A DNA stretch of 32,000 bases from Coprobacillaceae bacterium (GTDB lineage Bacteria; Bacillota_I; Bacilli_A; Erysipelotrichales; Coprobacillaceae): NCBI GenBank assembly GCA_963675515.1, contig OY776328.1:1620001-1652000 (forward strand). The letters run 5' to 3'. A model generated the notes under the pieces. That model saw only the letters and a list, made by a program, of their open reading frames with translations. It was not told the origin of the DNA and ran no database searches. The position numbers and the translations under genes are program-made. Positions 1 through 9,594 of the stretch are shown in pieces (the first letter of the stretch is position 1; every line of letters starts with the position of its first letter).

Positions 1-33
1 CTGATCAGGCCGTATACAAGGAGGGGAGCTTAT

Positions 34-252
34 ATGAAAATAATCCATTGCGGGGATCTTCATCTCGATGCATAAACGGAGACCCATTTCAGTGTCGAAC
101 AGGCACGGATGCGCCGCTATGAAATAATTAACACCTTTGAAAAAATGGTCGAATATGCATCTTCCAATGATGCCGGAGTGATACTTATCGCCGGGGACAT
201 GTTTGATACAATCTCCACCTCGCAAAGGTGGATCAAGGACCGCATGGTATGA
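34..252 (+). pseudogene. SbcD/YhaO-like metallophosphoesterase (DNA-repair exonuclease) remnant. Only the N-terminal ~70 codons remain, with an in-frame TAA at codon 14.
   Basis: RBS AAGGAGG precedes ATG 34. Translation is MKIIHCGDLHLDA-TAA(73-75)-TETHFSVEQARMRRYEIINTFEKMVEYASSNDAGVILIAGDMFDT. This carries the DxH and GD motifs of calcineurin-like phosphoesterases of the SbcD type. The frame closes at 250-252 and the rest of a normally ~380-aa protein is absent. Confidence 0.7.
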
Positions 253-1130
253 ATCGCTGCAAGTCCGGATTGAAAACTTTGAAAATGCCAGGAAAACTGC
301 GTTTCAAGCCGAAGAAACGCTGATAAAAATCTTTGGAAAATATTACGGCCCGATCTGTCAATAACGGAAGGCTACGATTTCGAAACCCTGGAAAGACAAC
401 TGCGGGACATGTTCGATGAATTCGAATCCAGCCAGAACGCATATGAAACCGCAAAAGTAAGACTGGCCGAGTTTGAAGAGGTCAATGATGTGGCCAGCTT
501 GGAAACGCTTATGGATATCGAAGGAAGTATCAACGATTTAAATGAAGAAATAACAACTGCAAAAATCGACCTGGCAGCCCAGCGGGAGAGCAAGATGAAG
601 GCAATCGCGGTGCTTGAAAAACAAATATCCGACCTTGAACTATTCGGAGACAGCCTGGAGGACTGGCAGAGCCGACTCAAGAACCTGGATGAGGAAAAAA
701 TGAGGCTGTCACGACCCATCTGTTGTTGGCAACCACATTCCAATTTCTTGAACAGGCAAAAGAGAATATGGCGGTCAAGTATACATCAACCATGAACCAA
801 GCTTTCAAGAAGTATATGAAACTTCTCCAGGAATCCAATACGAAATTGTACCAGGTCTATATCAATATTGATGTCCGCTATTTCCAAGAAGGTCAACTCC
901 GCGGGTTTCAACAGCTTGCCAAAGGGATGCAGGATCTGATGTCGATCTGCCTGAGACTCGCATTTGTCGAGGCAATCTATCAGGATGGAACAAGCCCGCT
1001 GCTAATTCTCGATGATCCATTCACCAATCTGGATGCCAGGCGCCTGGAGGGGGCCAAAATTATGATTGAGAAGATCAGCGAGGTCAACCAGGTTCTCTAT
1101 TTAATCTATAATGAAAGCCGGATGATTTAG
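251..1130 (+). pseudogene. SbcC/YhaN-like SMC-type ATPase remnant: coiled-coil pieces plus the C-terminal signature/Walker B region, spread over three reading frames.
   Basis: Frame 2 (251-364) gives ESLQVRIENFENARKTAFQAEETL. Frame 1 (~361-700) is coiled-coil rich: FDEFESSQNAYETAKVRLAEFEEV...KIDLAAQRESKMKAIAVLEKQISDLE. The frame changes at the A6 run 695-700. Frame 3 (702-1130) ends LAKGMQDLMSICLRLAFVEAIYQDGTSPLLILDDPFTNLD, an ABC/SMC signature followed by a Walker B motif. The N-terminal Walker A half is missing. Confidence 0.65.
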
Positions 1131-1320
1131 ATGAATTCAGTGAGAACTGATACATGGCAGGGGTACAATGTTTGATACGGTGGTCCCTAAACTGATAGCA
1201 TGCCATAAGATATCGTTCTTTTCTGTTTTTGAATAATTTGTTTGGGGCACATACCCACGAAATAGGCGACTTTGAATAGGCCGCTTTTTTTCATTTACTT
1301 TGAAATTCGGCGAAACCCCT

Positions 1321-1334
1321 TGATAGCGCTTTGA
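1321..1334. promoter_or_regulatory. Possible catabolite-responsive element (cre, CcpA site) upstream of the gut operon.
   Basis: TGATAGCGCTTTGA matches 12 of 14 positions of TGWAANCGNTNWCA and has the palindromic AGCGCT core. It lies about 120 bp upstream of gutM. Confidence 0.3.
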
Positions 1335-1452
1335 TTTCACTTTCAGGGAAATTGTCCGTATTAAATAAAACGAATGAAAATGGTAAATTGTAATCAGCCA
1401 AGGAAAGTATAACCGGTTACATTCGGTTGATGGTTAAAAAGGAGGATCAGTT

Positions 1453-1902
1453 ATGAATCTAGTGCCATTGATTATTATTTTTGTTATTGCGTTCATGTTG
1501 CAGTATTTGTTTACTTTCATGCAGATTAAAAGCTTCAATAGCGCATACCGGTTATTGAAAAACCAAGGCAGGGTCGCAATCGGCTCCTATAAGGGCAGTT
1601 TCTTTGCAGGAGCCATCGTTATGTTCAGTGTCGGCGAAGATGGTGGAATCATAGAAGGCAAAATTATGCAGGGAGTAACTGTATTTGCCCGTTTCAAGTC
1701 ACTGAGCGGATTCGAGGGCTTGCCCATCGGGAACATCGATTCAAGATACTGCAAAAGCATCCGACTATCGCGCTCAATCACCAAAGCTGTTAGCGAAGCG
1801 GCTAACAATTATCAGATTTTCCAGGAAGGTGGCGAAATCCAGGAAAAACAAAGCGGTATAAGCAAGTTGTTTCAAAAGTTTACAAAAAAACAAATCGATT
1901 AA
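1453..1902 (+). CDS. gutM: Glucitol/sorbitol operon activator GutM.
   Basis: RBS AAGGAGG. An N-terminal TM helix is followed by QIKSFNSAYRLLKNQGRVAIGS and MQGVTVFARF, matching E. coli GutM blocks (WQISRFNRAF..GRVGVG, MKGLTVFARP). It sits directly upstream of srlA. Confidence 0.85.
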   Translation: MNLVPLIIIFVIAFMLQYLFTFMQIKSFNSAYRLLKNQGRVAIGSYKGSFFAGAIVMFSVGEDGGIIEGKIMQGVTVFARFKSLSGFEGLPIGNIDSRYCKSIRLSRSITKAVSEAANNYQIFQEGGEIQEKQSGISKLFQKFTKKQID

Positions 1903-1920
1903 TTTAAGGAGAAGAAGAAT

Positions 1921-2472
1921 ATGGAAATTTTAGTGGATTTGGCATCAGGTTTTATGGGTCTGTTCGATTCGGGTGCGGCAACATTCGCATCTTGGGTGGT
2001 TGGAATTGTTCCCAAAGTATTATTGCTGTTGGTGTTTATGAATGCTCTGATCGCATTTATAGGTCAGGAAAGAATCAACAAGTTTGCAAGATTGTGTTCT
2101 AAAAATGTCGTGTTGGCATATGGTATTCTGCCGTTTGTCGCAGCATTCATGCTGGGTAATCCGATGGCATTGTCGATCGGAAAATTCTTGCCGGAGCGGA
2201 TGAAGCCAAGCTATTATGCTTCAGCGTCATTCCATTGCCATACCAATAGCGGAATTTTCCCCCATATCAACGTCGGTGAAATATTCATATACCTGGGAAT
2301 TGCCAACGGTGTAAGTCAGTTAGGTTTGTCAACAACCCCATTGGCGGTGCGCTACCTGCTGGTAGGGCTAGTTATGAACTTTGTTGCGGGATGGGCAACC
2401 GATTTGACAACAAAAATGGTAATGAAACAAACAAAAATCGAACTGGACGATACCCAGGTTGTAGTGGCATAG
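1921..2472 (+). CDS. srlA: PTS glucitol/sorbitol-specific EIIC component (SrlA).
   Basis: RBS AAGGAGA. GNPMALSIGKFLPERMKPSYYASASFHCHTNSGIFPHINVGEIFIYLGIA is near-identical in pattern to E. coli SrlA ([50 protein letters not shown]). Confidence 0.92.
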   Translation: MEILVDLASGFMGLFDSGAATFASWVVGIVPKVLLLLVFMNALIAFIGQERINKFARLCSKNVVLAYGILPFVAAFMLGNPMALSIGKFLPERMKPSYYASASFHCHTNSGIFPHINVGEIFIYLGIANGVSQLGLSTTPLAVRYLLVGLVMNFVAGWATDLTTKMVMKQTKIELDDTQVVVA

Positions 2473-2484
2473 GAGGATAGGAAT

Positions 2485-3486
2485 ATGGCTAATTATAATG
2501 CAATTAAGATCGTAAAAGGAAGTGGTGGATTTGGTGGCCCTTTGACCGTCAAACCTACCGAACAAAAAGACACATTGTTATTCATCACCGGTGGTGGTGC
2601 CCGTCCTGATATTGTCGACAAAATTGTCGAGCTGACCGGATGCAAAGCAGTCAACGGATTCAAAGAGGGAGTGGATGATGAAAGAGTGTTCCTGGCAATC
2701 ATCGATTGTGGCGGGACTTTGCGCTGTGGCATCTATCCTCAAAAAAGAATTCCTACCATCAATGTAATGCCGGTTGGAAAATCTGGTCCGCTGGCAAAAT
2801 TCATCACAGAAGATATTTATGTTTCAGCTGTTGGACTCAATCAAATATCTTCGGCGGAAAATGAAGACAATGTGATTGTTTCAAACCACCAAAAAGAACA
2901 GCGTGAGTTCAAATACAGCTCTGACAAGAAGGTCTCGGAAACACTCAGTGCCAACTCGACAAATACAATTGTCCAAAAGGTTGGTATGGGCGTTGGTAAA
3001 GTGGTTAACATATTATATCAATCAGGTCGCGATGCTGTCCAGACATTGATAACCACGATTCTACCGTTCATGGCATTCGTTGCAATGCTTATCGGGGTTA
3101 TCAACGGTTCTGGTTTTGGGAATTGGTTCTCACGGATGCTCACCCCATTGGCTGGCAATGGTTTCGGGCTGGTTGTCTTGGGATTCATCTGTTCCATCCC
3201 GATTCTCTCGGCATTGCTTGGACCAGGAGCTGTAATTGCTCAGGTTATCGGAACGATGATTGGAGTAGAAATCGGAAAAGGAAACATTCCACCTTCATTG
3301 GCATTGCCGGCATTGATGGCAATCAATACCCAAGCGGCATGTGATTTCATTCCAGTAGGTTTGGGGCTGGCGGATGCGCAACCGGAAACGGTAGAAGTCG
3401 GAGTTCCATCGGTACTGTATTCAAGATTCTTGACAGGTGTGCCTCGCGTTCTTGTGGCATGGATTGCCAGCATCGGATTATATTAA
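2485..3486 (+). CDS. srlE: PTS glucitol/sorbitol-specific EIIBC component (SrlE).
   Basis: RBS AGGAGGA. The EIIB block is GGFGGPLTV...LFITGGG...[15 protein letters not shown]...[25 protein letters not shown], followed by a C-terminal membrane domain ending [16 protein letters not shown]. Confidence 0.92.
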   Translation: MANYNAIKIVKGSGGFGGPLTVKPTEQKDTLLFITGGGARPDIVDKIVELTGCKAVNGFKEGVDDERVFLAIIDCGGTLRCGIYPQKRIPTINVMPVGKSGPLAKFITEDIYVSAVGLNQISSAENEDNVIVSNHQKEQREFKYSSDKKVSETLSANSTNTIVQKVGMGVGKVVNILYQSGRDAVQTLITTILPFMAFVAMLIGVINGSGFGNWFSRMLTPLAGNGFGLVVLGFICSIPILSALLGPGAVIAQVIGTMIGVEIGKGNIPPSLALPALMAINTQAACDFIPVGLGLADAQPETVEVGVPSVLYSRFLTGVPRVLVAWIASIGLY

Positions 3487-3511
3487 AGTAAAAAATATGA
3501 GGAGATTAAAA

Positions 3512-4324
3512 ATGAAAGATTGGTTAAATATTGAAGGAAAAACCGTTATTGTGACAGGTGGAGCATCAGGAATCGGAAAGGCTATCGCCAAGGAGTTTAT
3601 GGATCTGAATGCTAATGTCGTTGTGGCCGACATGGCCAGCAATGGGCCTGAAGAGTTCGAAACTATGAGCAACTACCTGTACGTCGCTACTGATGTGACT
3701 GATAAGACGTCGATTGAAAACATGGTCAAAAAGACAGTGGAGAAGTTCGACTCAATTGATATTCTTGTTAATAACGCCGGGATCAATATTCCTAGGCTTC
3801 TGGTCGATGACAAGCAGCCTTTGTCAATATTCGAGCTCGATGAAAGTGTCTACAACAAAATCATGGATGTAAACGTAAAAGGCGTATACCTGACTGCACA
3901 GATTGCTGGTCGGGAAATGGTCAAAAAAGGTTCCGGGGTCATTGTCAACATGTCGAGTGAATGCGGGCTGGAAGGTTCCGAAGGGCAATCAATCTATGCG
4001 GCAAGCAAGAATGCGGTGAATTCCCTGACCCGTTCATGGGCCAAGGAACTTGGTAAAAAAGGGGTACGGATTGTCGGGGTCGCGCCTGGGATCATGGAGG
4101 CCACTGGCCTAAGAACCGATTCCTACGAAGAAGCTCTGGCTTATACAAGGGGCATCTCGGTGGACAAGCTAAGAAGCGGATACTCCTCTACCACGACAAC
4201 ACCGCTGGGAAGATCAGGGAAACTCAAAGAAGCGGCAGATTTGGTCTGTTACCTCGCTAGCGACAAAGCGTCATACGTTCATGGGATAACCATCAACGTG
4301 GCAGGTGGAAAAACCCGCGGGTAA
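3512..4324 (+). CDS. srlD: Sorbitol-6-phosphate 2-dehydrogenase (short-chain dehydrogenase/reductase).
   Basis: ATG 3512 follows GAGGAGA; the longer ORF start at 3437 overlaps srlE and has no RBS. It carries TGGASGIGKAI (Rossmann), NNAG and the YxxxK motif (YAASKNAV). Its position inside the gut operon supports the call. Confidence 0.85.
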   Translation: MKDWLNIEGKTVIVTGGASGIGKAIAKEFMDLNANVVVADMASNGPEEFETMSNYLYVATDVTDKTSIENMVKKTVEKFDSIDILVNNAGINIPRLLVDDKQPLSIFELDESVYNKIMDVNVKGVYLTAQIAGREMVKKGSGVIVNMSSECGLEGSEGQSIYAASKNAVNSLTRSWAKELGKKGVRIVGVAPGIMEATGLRTDSYEEALAYTRGISVDKLRSGYSSTTTTPLGRSGKLKEAADLVCYLASDKASYVHGITINVAGGKTRG

Positions 4325-4387
4325 TAAACCTAAAGGACTCCACTGCTTAATTAATATGATATAATCTAGTCAGTGGAGGACATTGCA

Positions 4388-6295
4388 ATGTTAGAAAATC
4401 AAGATCGCAATAGTAAAATTGTAGAATTGCTGGAAATATACCAGATTATGGATCTGGAAGCATTGGCGCGGGTGCTCAATGTCTCCACCCGCACCGTGAG
4501 GACGGCTATTAGCGATATCAATGAGCTGCTGGAAGGTGTCGCAATCATCAACAATAATGGGGGCAGACTCCGGCTTTATATTCTGGACAATGTCCTTTTT
4601 GTCAAACGCAGGAAACTGCTTGAAAATGATTACCTTAGTATGAATTCACCGGTCTTGCGCTTGGCGCATATATTTGCCACTTTGATTAACAGCGCGGGGC
4701 CGGTCATACTTGATGATCTGGCAAACGATTTGAACATCGGTCGGACGACTCTGGTCTATGACGTCAATAAGTTGAAAAGTCTGCTAAAACCATATCGATT
4801 GGAGATTGTCGGAAAGACCAATAACGGTATTTTTCTTGAAGGAGATGAATTCCATATTCGTTGTTTCCTGCAGGATCATTTTTATCAACTGAACTATGCC
4901 AAGTATAATCTCGATCATGATATCGCCGATTTACTTAGCTTGTTTTTCAAAGACAACGAGATCGAAAAAATGACCCGGGATAATTTCACCAAATCTTTCG
5001 TGATAGCCCTGGATCGTAACATCAATGACTATCCGATTTCCAAGCTCGAGCCCAAATACTACCATATCAAGGACAATCCGATTTTTCAATTGGTGCGCAA
5101 CTTTTGTGAATCAATCGCGAAGATGTTGATGATAGAATTCAGCGAAGAAGAAATGATTTACATTGCTATTCCGCTGATAGGAATGCGGACCCCTATGTCT
5201 CAAAATGTAAGAAGCAAGATTGACGTCAGTCCCCAAACAGGTGAGCTGGTTACAAAAATTCTGGATGAGATCAAATTGCGGATGAATTTTAACATAATCC
5301 CGACGGATATGCTCGAGGATTTCATGTATCATCTCAATTTCATGCTTGAAAGACTGAAATATGAATACCATCTTGAAAACAGCACGATAGTCGATCTTCA
5401 GGAAAAATACCCAGTCGCATTCAATATGGCACAAATCTCCTGCGAGGTTATTTATGCCAATACAGGATTGGAAGTGACCCCGACGGAATTCAACTATCTT
5501 ACAATCTACCTTAATGTTATGTACGAACAAAACAATCAGCTAAGCCACAAAAAAAAGGTGGCGTTGGTAACTGGAGACAACCGAATTACCGGCAAGATGC
5601 TGGAAATGCAATTGCGTCGTATTTTTCCGGATAGCACAACATATCAGCTGATCAGCGATTATGAATTGGCAAATCTTGACTGTAGCCAATTTTCGCTGCT
5701 TGTGACAACCTGTGACCTAGATGTCAGGATCAATCTTCCGGTAGTGAAGGTAAAGGAATATTGCGATGACCAGGAGTTGTCCAATTCGATAAGACGAGTA
5801 TTATATTCGCAACATCTTGATTTTTCAATCAATACTAACATCAATTCTTATCTAGTCACTCTTCTAGAATCGGACCGCTTTTTCTTGCTAGATCAGGATA
5901 AAAACGATCACCAAAATGCTTTGATGATGATCGAATACCTGCAAAGCGACGGCGTCGTTAATGACGATTTTTTCAAAGCCTATCAAAAAAGATGGCAACA
6001 AGGCTCATTGAAAGTGTCAAATTCCATCTGCTTTCCACATTTTACCTATCAAGGCGATCATGTCGTCCTGGCAATGGGGGTTGTGCCGCGCAAGAAAAAA
6101 GATCCCGAATCCAAGCTGATTTTGATCTTGGGTTTGCCTGAGAATGATGAGATAAACGATGAGATATTGTTTGGAGTTTACAACGAGATTCTCAATCTTT
6201 CACATGATCAGAATATGATTGACCAGATCAGCAATCTGACATGCAGCAAGGATTACTACCTATACATGATTAACAATGAAGCAAAACATGATTAA
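4388..6295 (+). CDS. PRD-domain transcriptional regulator (BglG/MtlR/LicR family) of the sorbitol operon.
   Basis: RBS GGAGGA plus 8 nt precedes ATG 4388. There is an N-terminal wHTH (LEALARVLNVSTRTVRTAISDINELL) and a second HTH (LANDLNIGRTTLVYDVNKLK). Central PRD-like helical repeats follow, then a C-terminal EIIB-like/EIIA-like tail (KKVALVTGDN..., FPHFTYQGDHVVLAMGVV). Size is ~635 aa. This is the same role as GutR in Lactobacillus-type gut operons. Confidence 0.75.
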   Translation: MLENQDRNSKIVELLEIYQIMDLEALARVLNVSTRTVRTAISDINELLEGVAIINNNGGRLRLYILDNVLFVKRRKLLENDYLSMNSPVLRLAHIFATLINSAGPVILDDLANDLNIGRTTLVYDVNKLKSLLKPYRLEIVGKTNNGIFLEGDEFHIRCFLQDHFYQLNYAKYNLDHDIADLLSLFFKDNEIEKMTRDNFTKSFVIALDRNINDYPISKLEPKYYHIKDNPIFQLVRNFCESIAKMLMIEFSEEEMIYIAIPLIGMRTPMSQNVRSKIDVSPQTGELVTKILDEIKLRMNFNIIPTDMLEDFMYHLNFMLERLKYEYHLENSTIVDLQEKYPVAFNMAQISCEVIYANTGLEVTPTEFNYLTIYLNVMYEQNNQLSHKKKVALVTGDNRITGKMLEMQLRRIFPDSTTYQLISDYELANLDCSQFSLLVTTCDLDVRINLPVVKVKEYCDDQELSNSIRRVLYSQHLDFSINTNINSYLVTLLESDRFFLLDQDKNDHQNALMMIEYLQSDGVVNDDFFKAYQKRWQQGSLKVSNSICFPHFTYQGDHVVLAMGVVPRKKKDPESKLILILGLPENDEINDEILFGVYNEILNLSHDQNMIDQISNLTCSKDYYLYMINNEAKHD

Positions 6296-6308
6296 CAATG
6301 AAGCAAAT
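6265..6308 (+). repeat. 22-bp tandem direct duplication (2 copies, 21/22 identical) across the stop codon of the PRD regulator.
   Basis: Copy 1 is CATGATTAACAATGAAGCAAAA (6265-6286). Copy 2 follows immediately: CATGATTAACAATGAAGCAAAT (6287-6308). Confidence 0.95.
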
Positions 6309-6325
6309 TGAAAGGAATAAGTATT

Positions 6326-6697
6326 ATGAAATATATTTATGAAAATACAATAAACGGCTATGGAGCCTTGGCAAGCACCTTTTTAGCGGAAGGAATTGTA
6401 ATCTTCTTTGGCGAAAATGCGCCGGCGACACTGAAGGATTACTGTTACACTATCGACATAAAAAAGGCTCGCGATGTGATCGCAGTGGGCCAGACTATTG
6501 AAATCGGGGCCAATCATTACAAAATAACAGCAGTCGGTGAAGTGGCCCAAAAAAACCTTGAATCACTTGGCCATCTGACAATTGCTTTTACCGGCGAAAA
6601 TGAAAGTGTACTGCCGGGAACGATTGTAGTCGAAAAAAATCAGATTCCGGATATTGGAAACGGAACCAAAATTAAGATTTTCAATCAAGGAGTGTAG
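6326..6697 (+). CDS. srlB: PTS glucitol/sorbitol-specific EIIA component (SrlB).
   Basis: ATG 6326 follows [31 protein letters not shown] matches E. coli SrlB (YPVTAVGSVAEDNLRELGHVTLRF), including the phospho-His. Confidence 0.9.
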   Translation: MKYIYENTINGYGALASTFLAEGIVIFFGENAPATLKDYCYTIDIKKARDVIAVGQTIEIGANHYKITAVGEVAQKNLESLGHLTIAFTGENESVLPGTIVVEKNQIPDIGNGTKIKIFNQGV

Positions 6698-6698
6698 C

Positions 6699-8027
6699 AT
6701 GAATAGAGTTAAATTTTCATATGACAATGCCAAGAATTTTGTCAATGACAATGAAATAGAAATAATGGTGGATAAAGCCAAAGTGGCGAAAAAGGCGCTC
6801 CTAGACAAGACCGGGACCGGAAATGAAATGCTGGGTTGGGTTGATTTGCCAGTAAGTTACAACCACAAAGAGTTTGAGAATATAAAAACAGCCGCCCAAA
6901 AAATCAGGGCGGACTCAAAGGTGTTTGTCGTTATTGGAATCGGCGGTTCTTACCTGGGATCCAAGGCAGCAATCTCGTTTCTCAATGACAATTTTTCAAA
7001 CCAGACCCGGGGCGATATCGAAATCTATTTTGCCGGCCATAACATCTCAGGGAGCTACCTTTTTGACTTGATAAAAGTCATCGGCGATCGGGATTTTTCA
7101 ATAAATGTCATTTCCAAATCAGGGACGACAACAGAGCCGGCGCTGGCCTTCAGGTTGCTAAAAAAACTGCTGGTCGAAAAGTACGGTGAAGATCATGCAA
7201 GATCGAGAATTTATGCAACAACTGACAAAGCTCGCGGAGCTCTATATCAGCTGGCAACAAGCGAGGGATATCAAAAGTTCGTAATCCCTGATAATGTCGG
7301 GGGACGATTTACTGTATTAAGCGCGGTAGGATTGCTGCCAATCGCAGTCAACGGCAGCGACATTGATGAGCTTATGCGAGGTGCCTTTGATTACCGCAAC
7401 CATATAATCGAGAATGATGTCGATGATGCTTTGCTATATGCTTCTTTACGCAACATATTAAATCGCAAAGGGAAGATGATTGAAATATTGGCGAACTATG
7501 AACCCAATCTACACTACCTAAGTGAGTGGTGGAAACAGCTAATGGGAGAATCGGAAGGCAAGGACGGTAAAGGTATTTATCCAGCATCAGTTGATTACTC
7601 TACCGATTTACATTCACTAGGCCAGTTTGTCCAGGATGGTAGCAGAACCATGTTTGAAACGGTAATCAATGTTCAAAATGTAAATAAGGATATCACAATA
7701 GATCTGGAAACCAACGATCTGGATGGGTTGAATTATCTGGTTGAAAAACCTTTGGACTTTGTCAACAAGTGTGCACAAAATGGGACCATTATTGCTCATG
7801 TAGAAGGTGGAGTTCCAAATCTGCTTATTTCAATTCCAAAAATGGATGAGTATGTTCTTGGACAACTGTTTTATTTCTTCGAGTTTGCCTGTGGTGTGAG
7901 CGGTTATATCTTGGGTGTGAATCCATTTGACCAGCCGGGGGTTGAAGCCTACAAGAAAAACATGTTTGCACTGTTGAACAAACCGGGATTTGAAAAAGAG
8001 CATGAAGTGTTGATTAAAAAACTTTAG
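6699..8027 (+). CDS. pgi: Glucose-6-phosphate isomerase (short Firmicutes type, ~442 aa).
   Basis: RBS AAGGAG. ATG 6699 lies 1 nt after the srlB stop. Motifs: [45 protein letters not shown] and DQPGVEAYK. Confidence 0.9.
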   Translation: MNRVKFSYDNAKNFVNDNEIEIMVDKAKVAKKALLDKTGTGNEMLGWVDLPVSYNHKEFENIKTAAQKIRADSKVFVVIGIGGSYLGSKAAISFLNDNFSNQTRGDIEIYFAGHNISGSYLFDLIKVIGDRDFSINVISKSGTTTEPALAFRLLKKLLVEKYGEDHARSRIYATTDKARGALYQLATSEGYQKFVIPDNVGGRFTVLSAVGLLPIAVNGSDIDELMRGAFDYRNHIIENDVDDALLYASLRNILNRKGKMIEILANYEPNLHYLSEWWKQLMGESEGKDGKGIYPASVDYSTDLHSLGQFVQDGSRTMFETVINVQNVNKDITIDLETNDLDGLNYLVEKPLDFVNKCAQNGTIIAHVEGGVPNLLISIPKMDEYVLGQLFYFFEFACGVSGYILGVNPFDQPGVEAYKKNMFALLNKPGFEKEHEVLIKKL

Positions 8028-8028
8028 A

Positions 8029-8068
8029 AAAACCCAAGCTTCAGCTTGTTTGCAGGAGCTTGGGTTTT
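8029..8068. terminator. Bidirectional rho-independent terminator between the convergent pgi and fused srlAE genes.
   Basis: A 12-bp perfect stem pairs AAAACCCAAGCT (8029-8040) with AGCTTGGGTTTT (8057-8068). It has A/T runs on both sides and a 16-nt loop. Confidence 0.8.
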
Positions 8069-8073
8069 AGTCA

Positions 8074-9594
8074 TCAAGGGTAGAGATTGTACGATGCGAC
8101 AAGGGCAATCAAGACCCGGATAAAGCCGGTCAAAAAACGTGAATAGAGAATTGCCGGGACACCGATTTCAATGGTGCCCTTTTTGGCTTCTGCCATGCCT
8201 AGACCAACGGGGATAAAGTCGCAGGCTGCCTGGGTGTTGATTGCAAACAATGCGGGCAATGCCAGACTTGGCGCCATTATCCCTGCACCGATCTGGACCC
8301 CAATCAAGACGCCGACCACTTGGGCCATCACGGCACCTGGTGAAAGCAACGGGGCAACCAATGGAATTGAGGCAATTGTTCCGATTAAAACCAACCCCAT
8401 CGGGGTGTCGATAAAAGGCTTCAAGCCATGGGCAATGATGGAATTTATTCCAGTGGCCTCAATAATTCCTACAATACAGGAAATTGCCGCGACAAGGGGC
8501 AGGACTGTTTTCATTATCACATCAAGTGAATCCTTCGAGGCTTTAAAAAGGTTGTTCAAAAACCTGGAAAACTGAAATTCAATCGATGAAATAATCTTGG
8601 ATATAGTCATCTGGGAATCTTGTTTCGTGTAAGGGCTATTGTCAATGGATATTATATTTTCGATGGAGACATCGGAAACGTAGATGTCCTCATTGATATA
8701 TTTTGCCAGGGGGCCACTTTTTCCTGCAGGCATAATGTTCACGGTCGGAATTCCTTTTTTAGGGAATAGACCGCATCTCAATGTACCCCCGCAATCCACA
8801 ATTGCCAGAAATATCTGTGATTCATCAATCGCATCCTTATAACCATCGTAGGCCGTGCAACAGGTCAGTTTTTCAATTTTTCGAATCAGTTCAGGCTTGT
8901 CTCCGCCGACAAAATAGATTATTTTGTTTCGATTCTTCGTAGGCCCGACAATCAACGGACCGCCATAACCTGCATAACCTCTGGTGATTTTTATGAGGTT
9001 ATCTTTGTTGTCAAGTTGTTGGAGATCACTTTGCCTGTCTCGATCATTGCTGTCCTCGTAATGATCACTCAAGGCAATTTTTTTAGACTTGCTCAGGTGT
9101 CCTGTGACTTTTTCGGTTACAAGCCCGGAAATAAAATTTGCTGCCATGCCAACGATCATATATCTGATTGCCAAAGGTACTGTCGAATATCCAAGCTGCG
9201 AAATTCCAGTTGATATCCCAACCCAGACCAAAATTTCCGCAGGGTTGATTTGTGAGAAAACACCGCTAGAAGTGTGACAAAAAAAACTGGTACTTGCAAA
9301 AAAGGCTGGCTTAAATTTTTCCGGGAGATATTTTCCTAAGGCTAATGAAAGGGGGTTACCTAGAATGACAGAACCGAAAAACGGAAGAAAAAGATATCTG
9401 AATATTGAGGATTTTTCGGCCAAAGGCATTAGTTTGTGTAGTGACTTGCTTCCCAATGTGTATACTAACGTATTCAGGATAATCATCATCATCAACAGTG
9501 GAGGTACATAGTTGACGACCCATTCGATGAAGACCCCGCCGCAATGGTTCATGACAAACATAACGTTTTCTTGAATTGTGATTAAATTATTCAT
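8074..9594 (-). CDS. Fused PTS glucitol/sorbitol permease: SrlA-like EIIC joined to SrlE-like EIIB-EIIC in one 506-aa polypeptide.
   Basis: RBS GGGAGGA lies 6 nt before ATG 9594. The N-terminal half carries GNPLSLALGKYLPEKFKPAFFASTSFFCHTSSGVFSQINPAEILVWVGIS (SrlA pattern). The second half carries [70 protein letters not shown] (SrlE pattern). The frame is uninterrupted. Confidence 0.88.
   Translation of the reverse strand: MNNLITIQENVMFVMNHCGGVFIEWVVNYVPPLLMMMIILNTLVYTLGSKSLHKLMPLAEKSSIFRYLFLPFFGSVILGNPLSLALGKYLPEKFKPAFFASTSFFCHTSSGVFSQINPAEILVWVGISTGISQLGYSTVPLAIRYMIVGMAANFISGLVTEKVTGHLSKSKKIALSDHYEDSNDRDRQSDLQQLDNKDNLIKITRGYAGYGGPLIVGPTKNRNKIIYFVGGDKPELIRKIEKLTCCTAYDGYKDAIDESQIFLAIVDCGGTLRCGLFPKKGIPTVNIMPAGKSGPLAKYINEDIYVSDVSIENIISIDNSPYTKQDSQMTISKIISSIEFQFSRFLNNLFKASKDSLDVIMKTVLPLVAAISCIVGIIEATGINSIIAHGLKPFIDTPMGLVLIGTIASIPLVAPLLSPGAVMAQVVGVLIGVQIGAGIMAPSLALPALFAINTQAACDFIPVGLGMAEAKKGTIEIGVPAILYSRFLTGFIRVLIALVASYNLYP

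Noticed and set aside
1137-1340. A 67-aa ORF on the - strand between the sbcC remnant and gutM.
   Set aside because: It has no RBS and no recognisable motif, and it lies in the promoter/cre region of the gut operon.
8171-8575. A 134-aa + strand ORF opposite the fused srlAE gene.
   Set aside because: It is the antisense shadow of a membrane-protein gene (Ala/Pro/Ile-rich) and has no translation signals.
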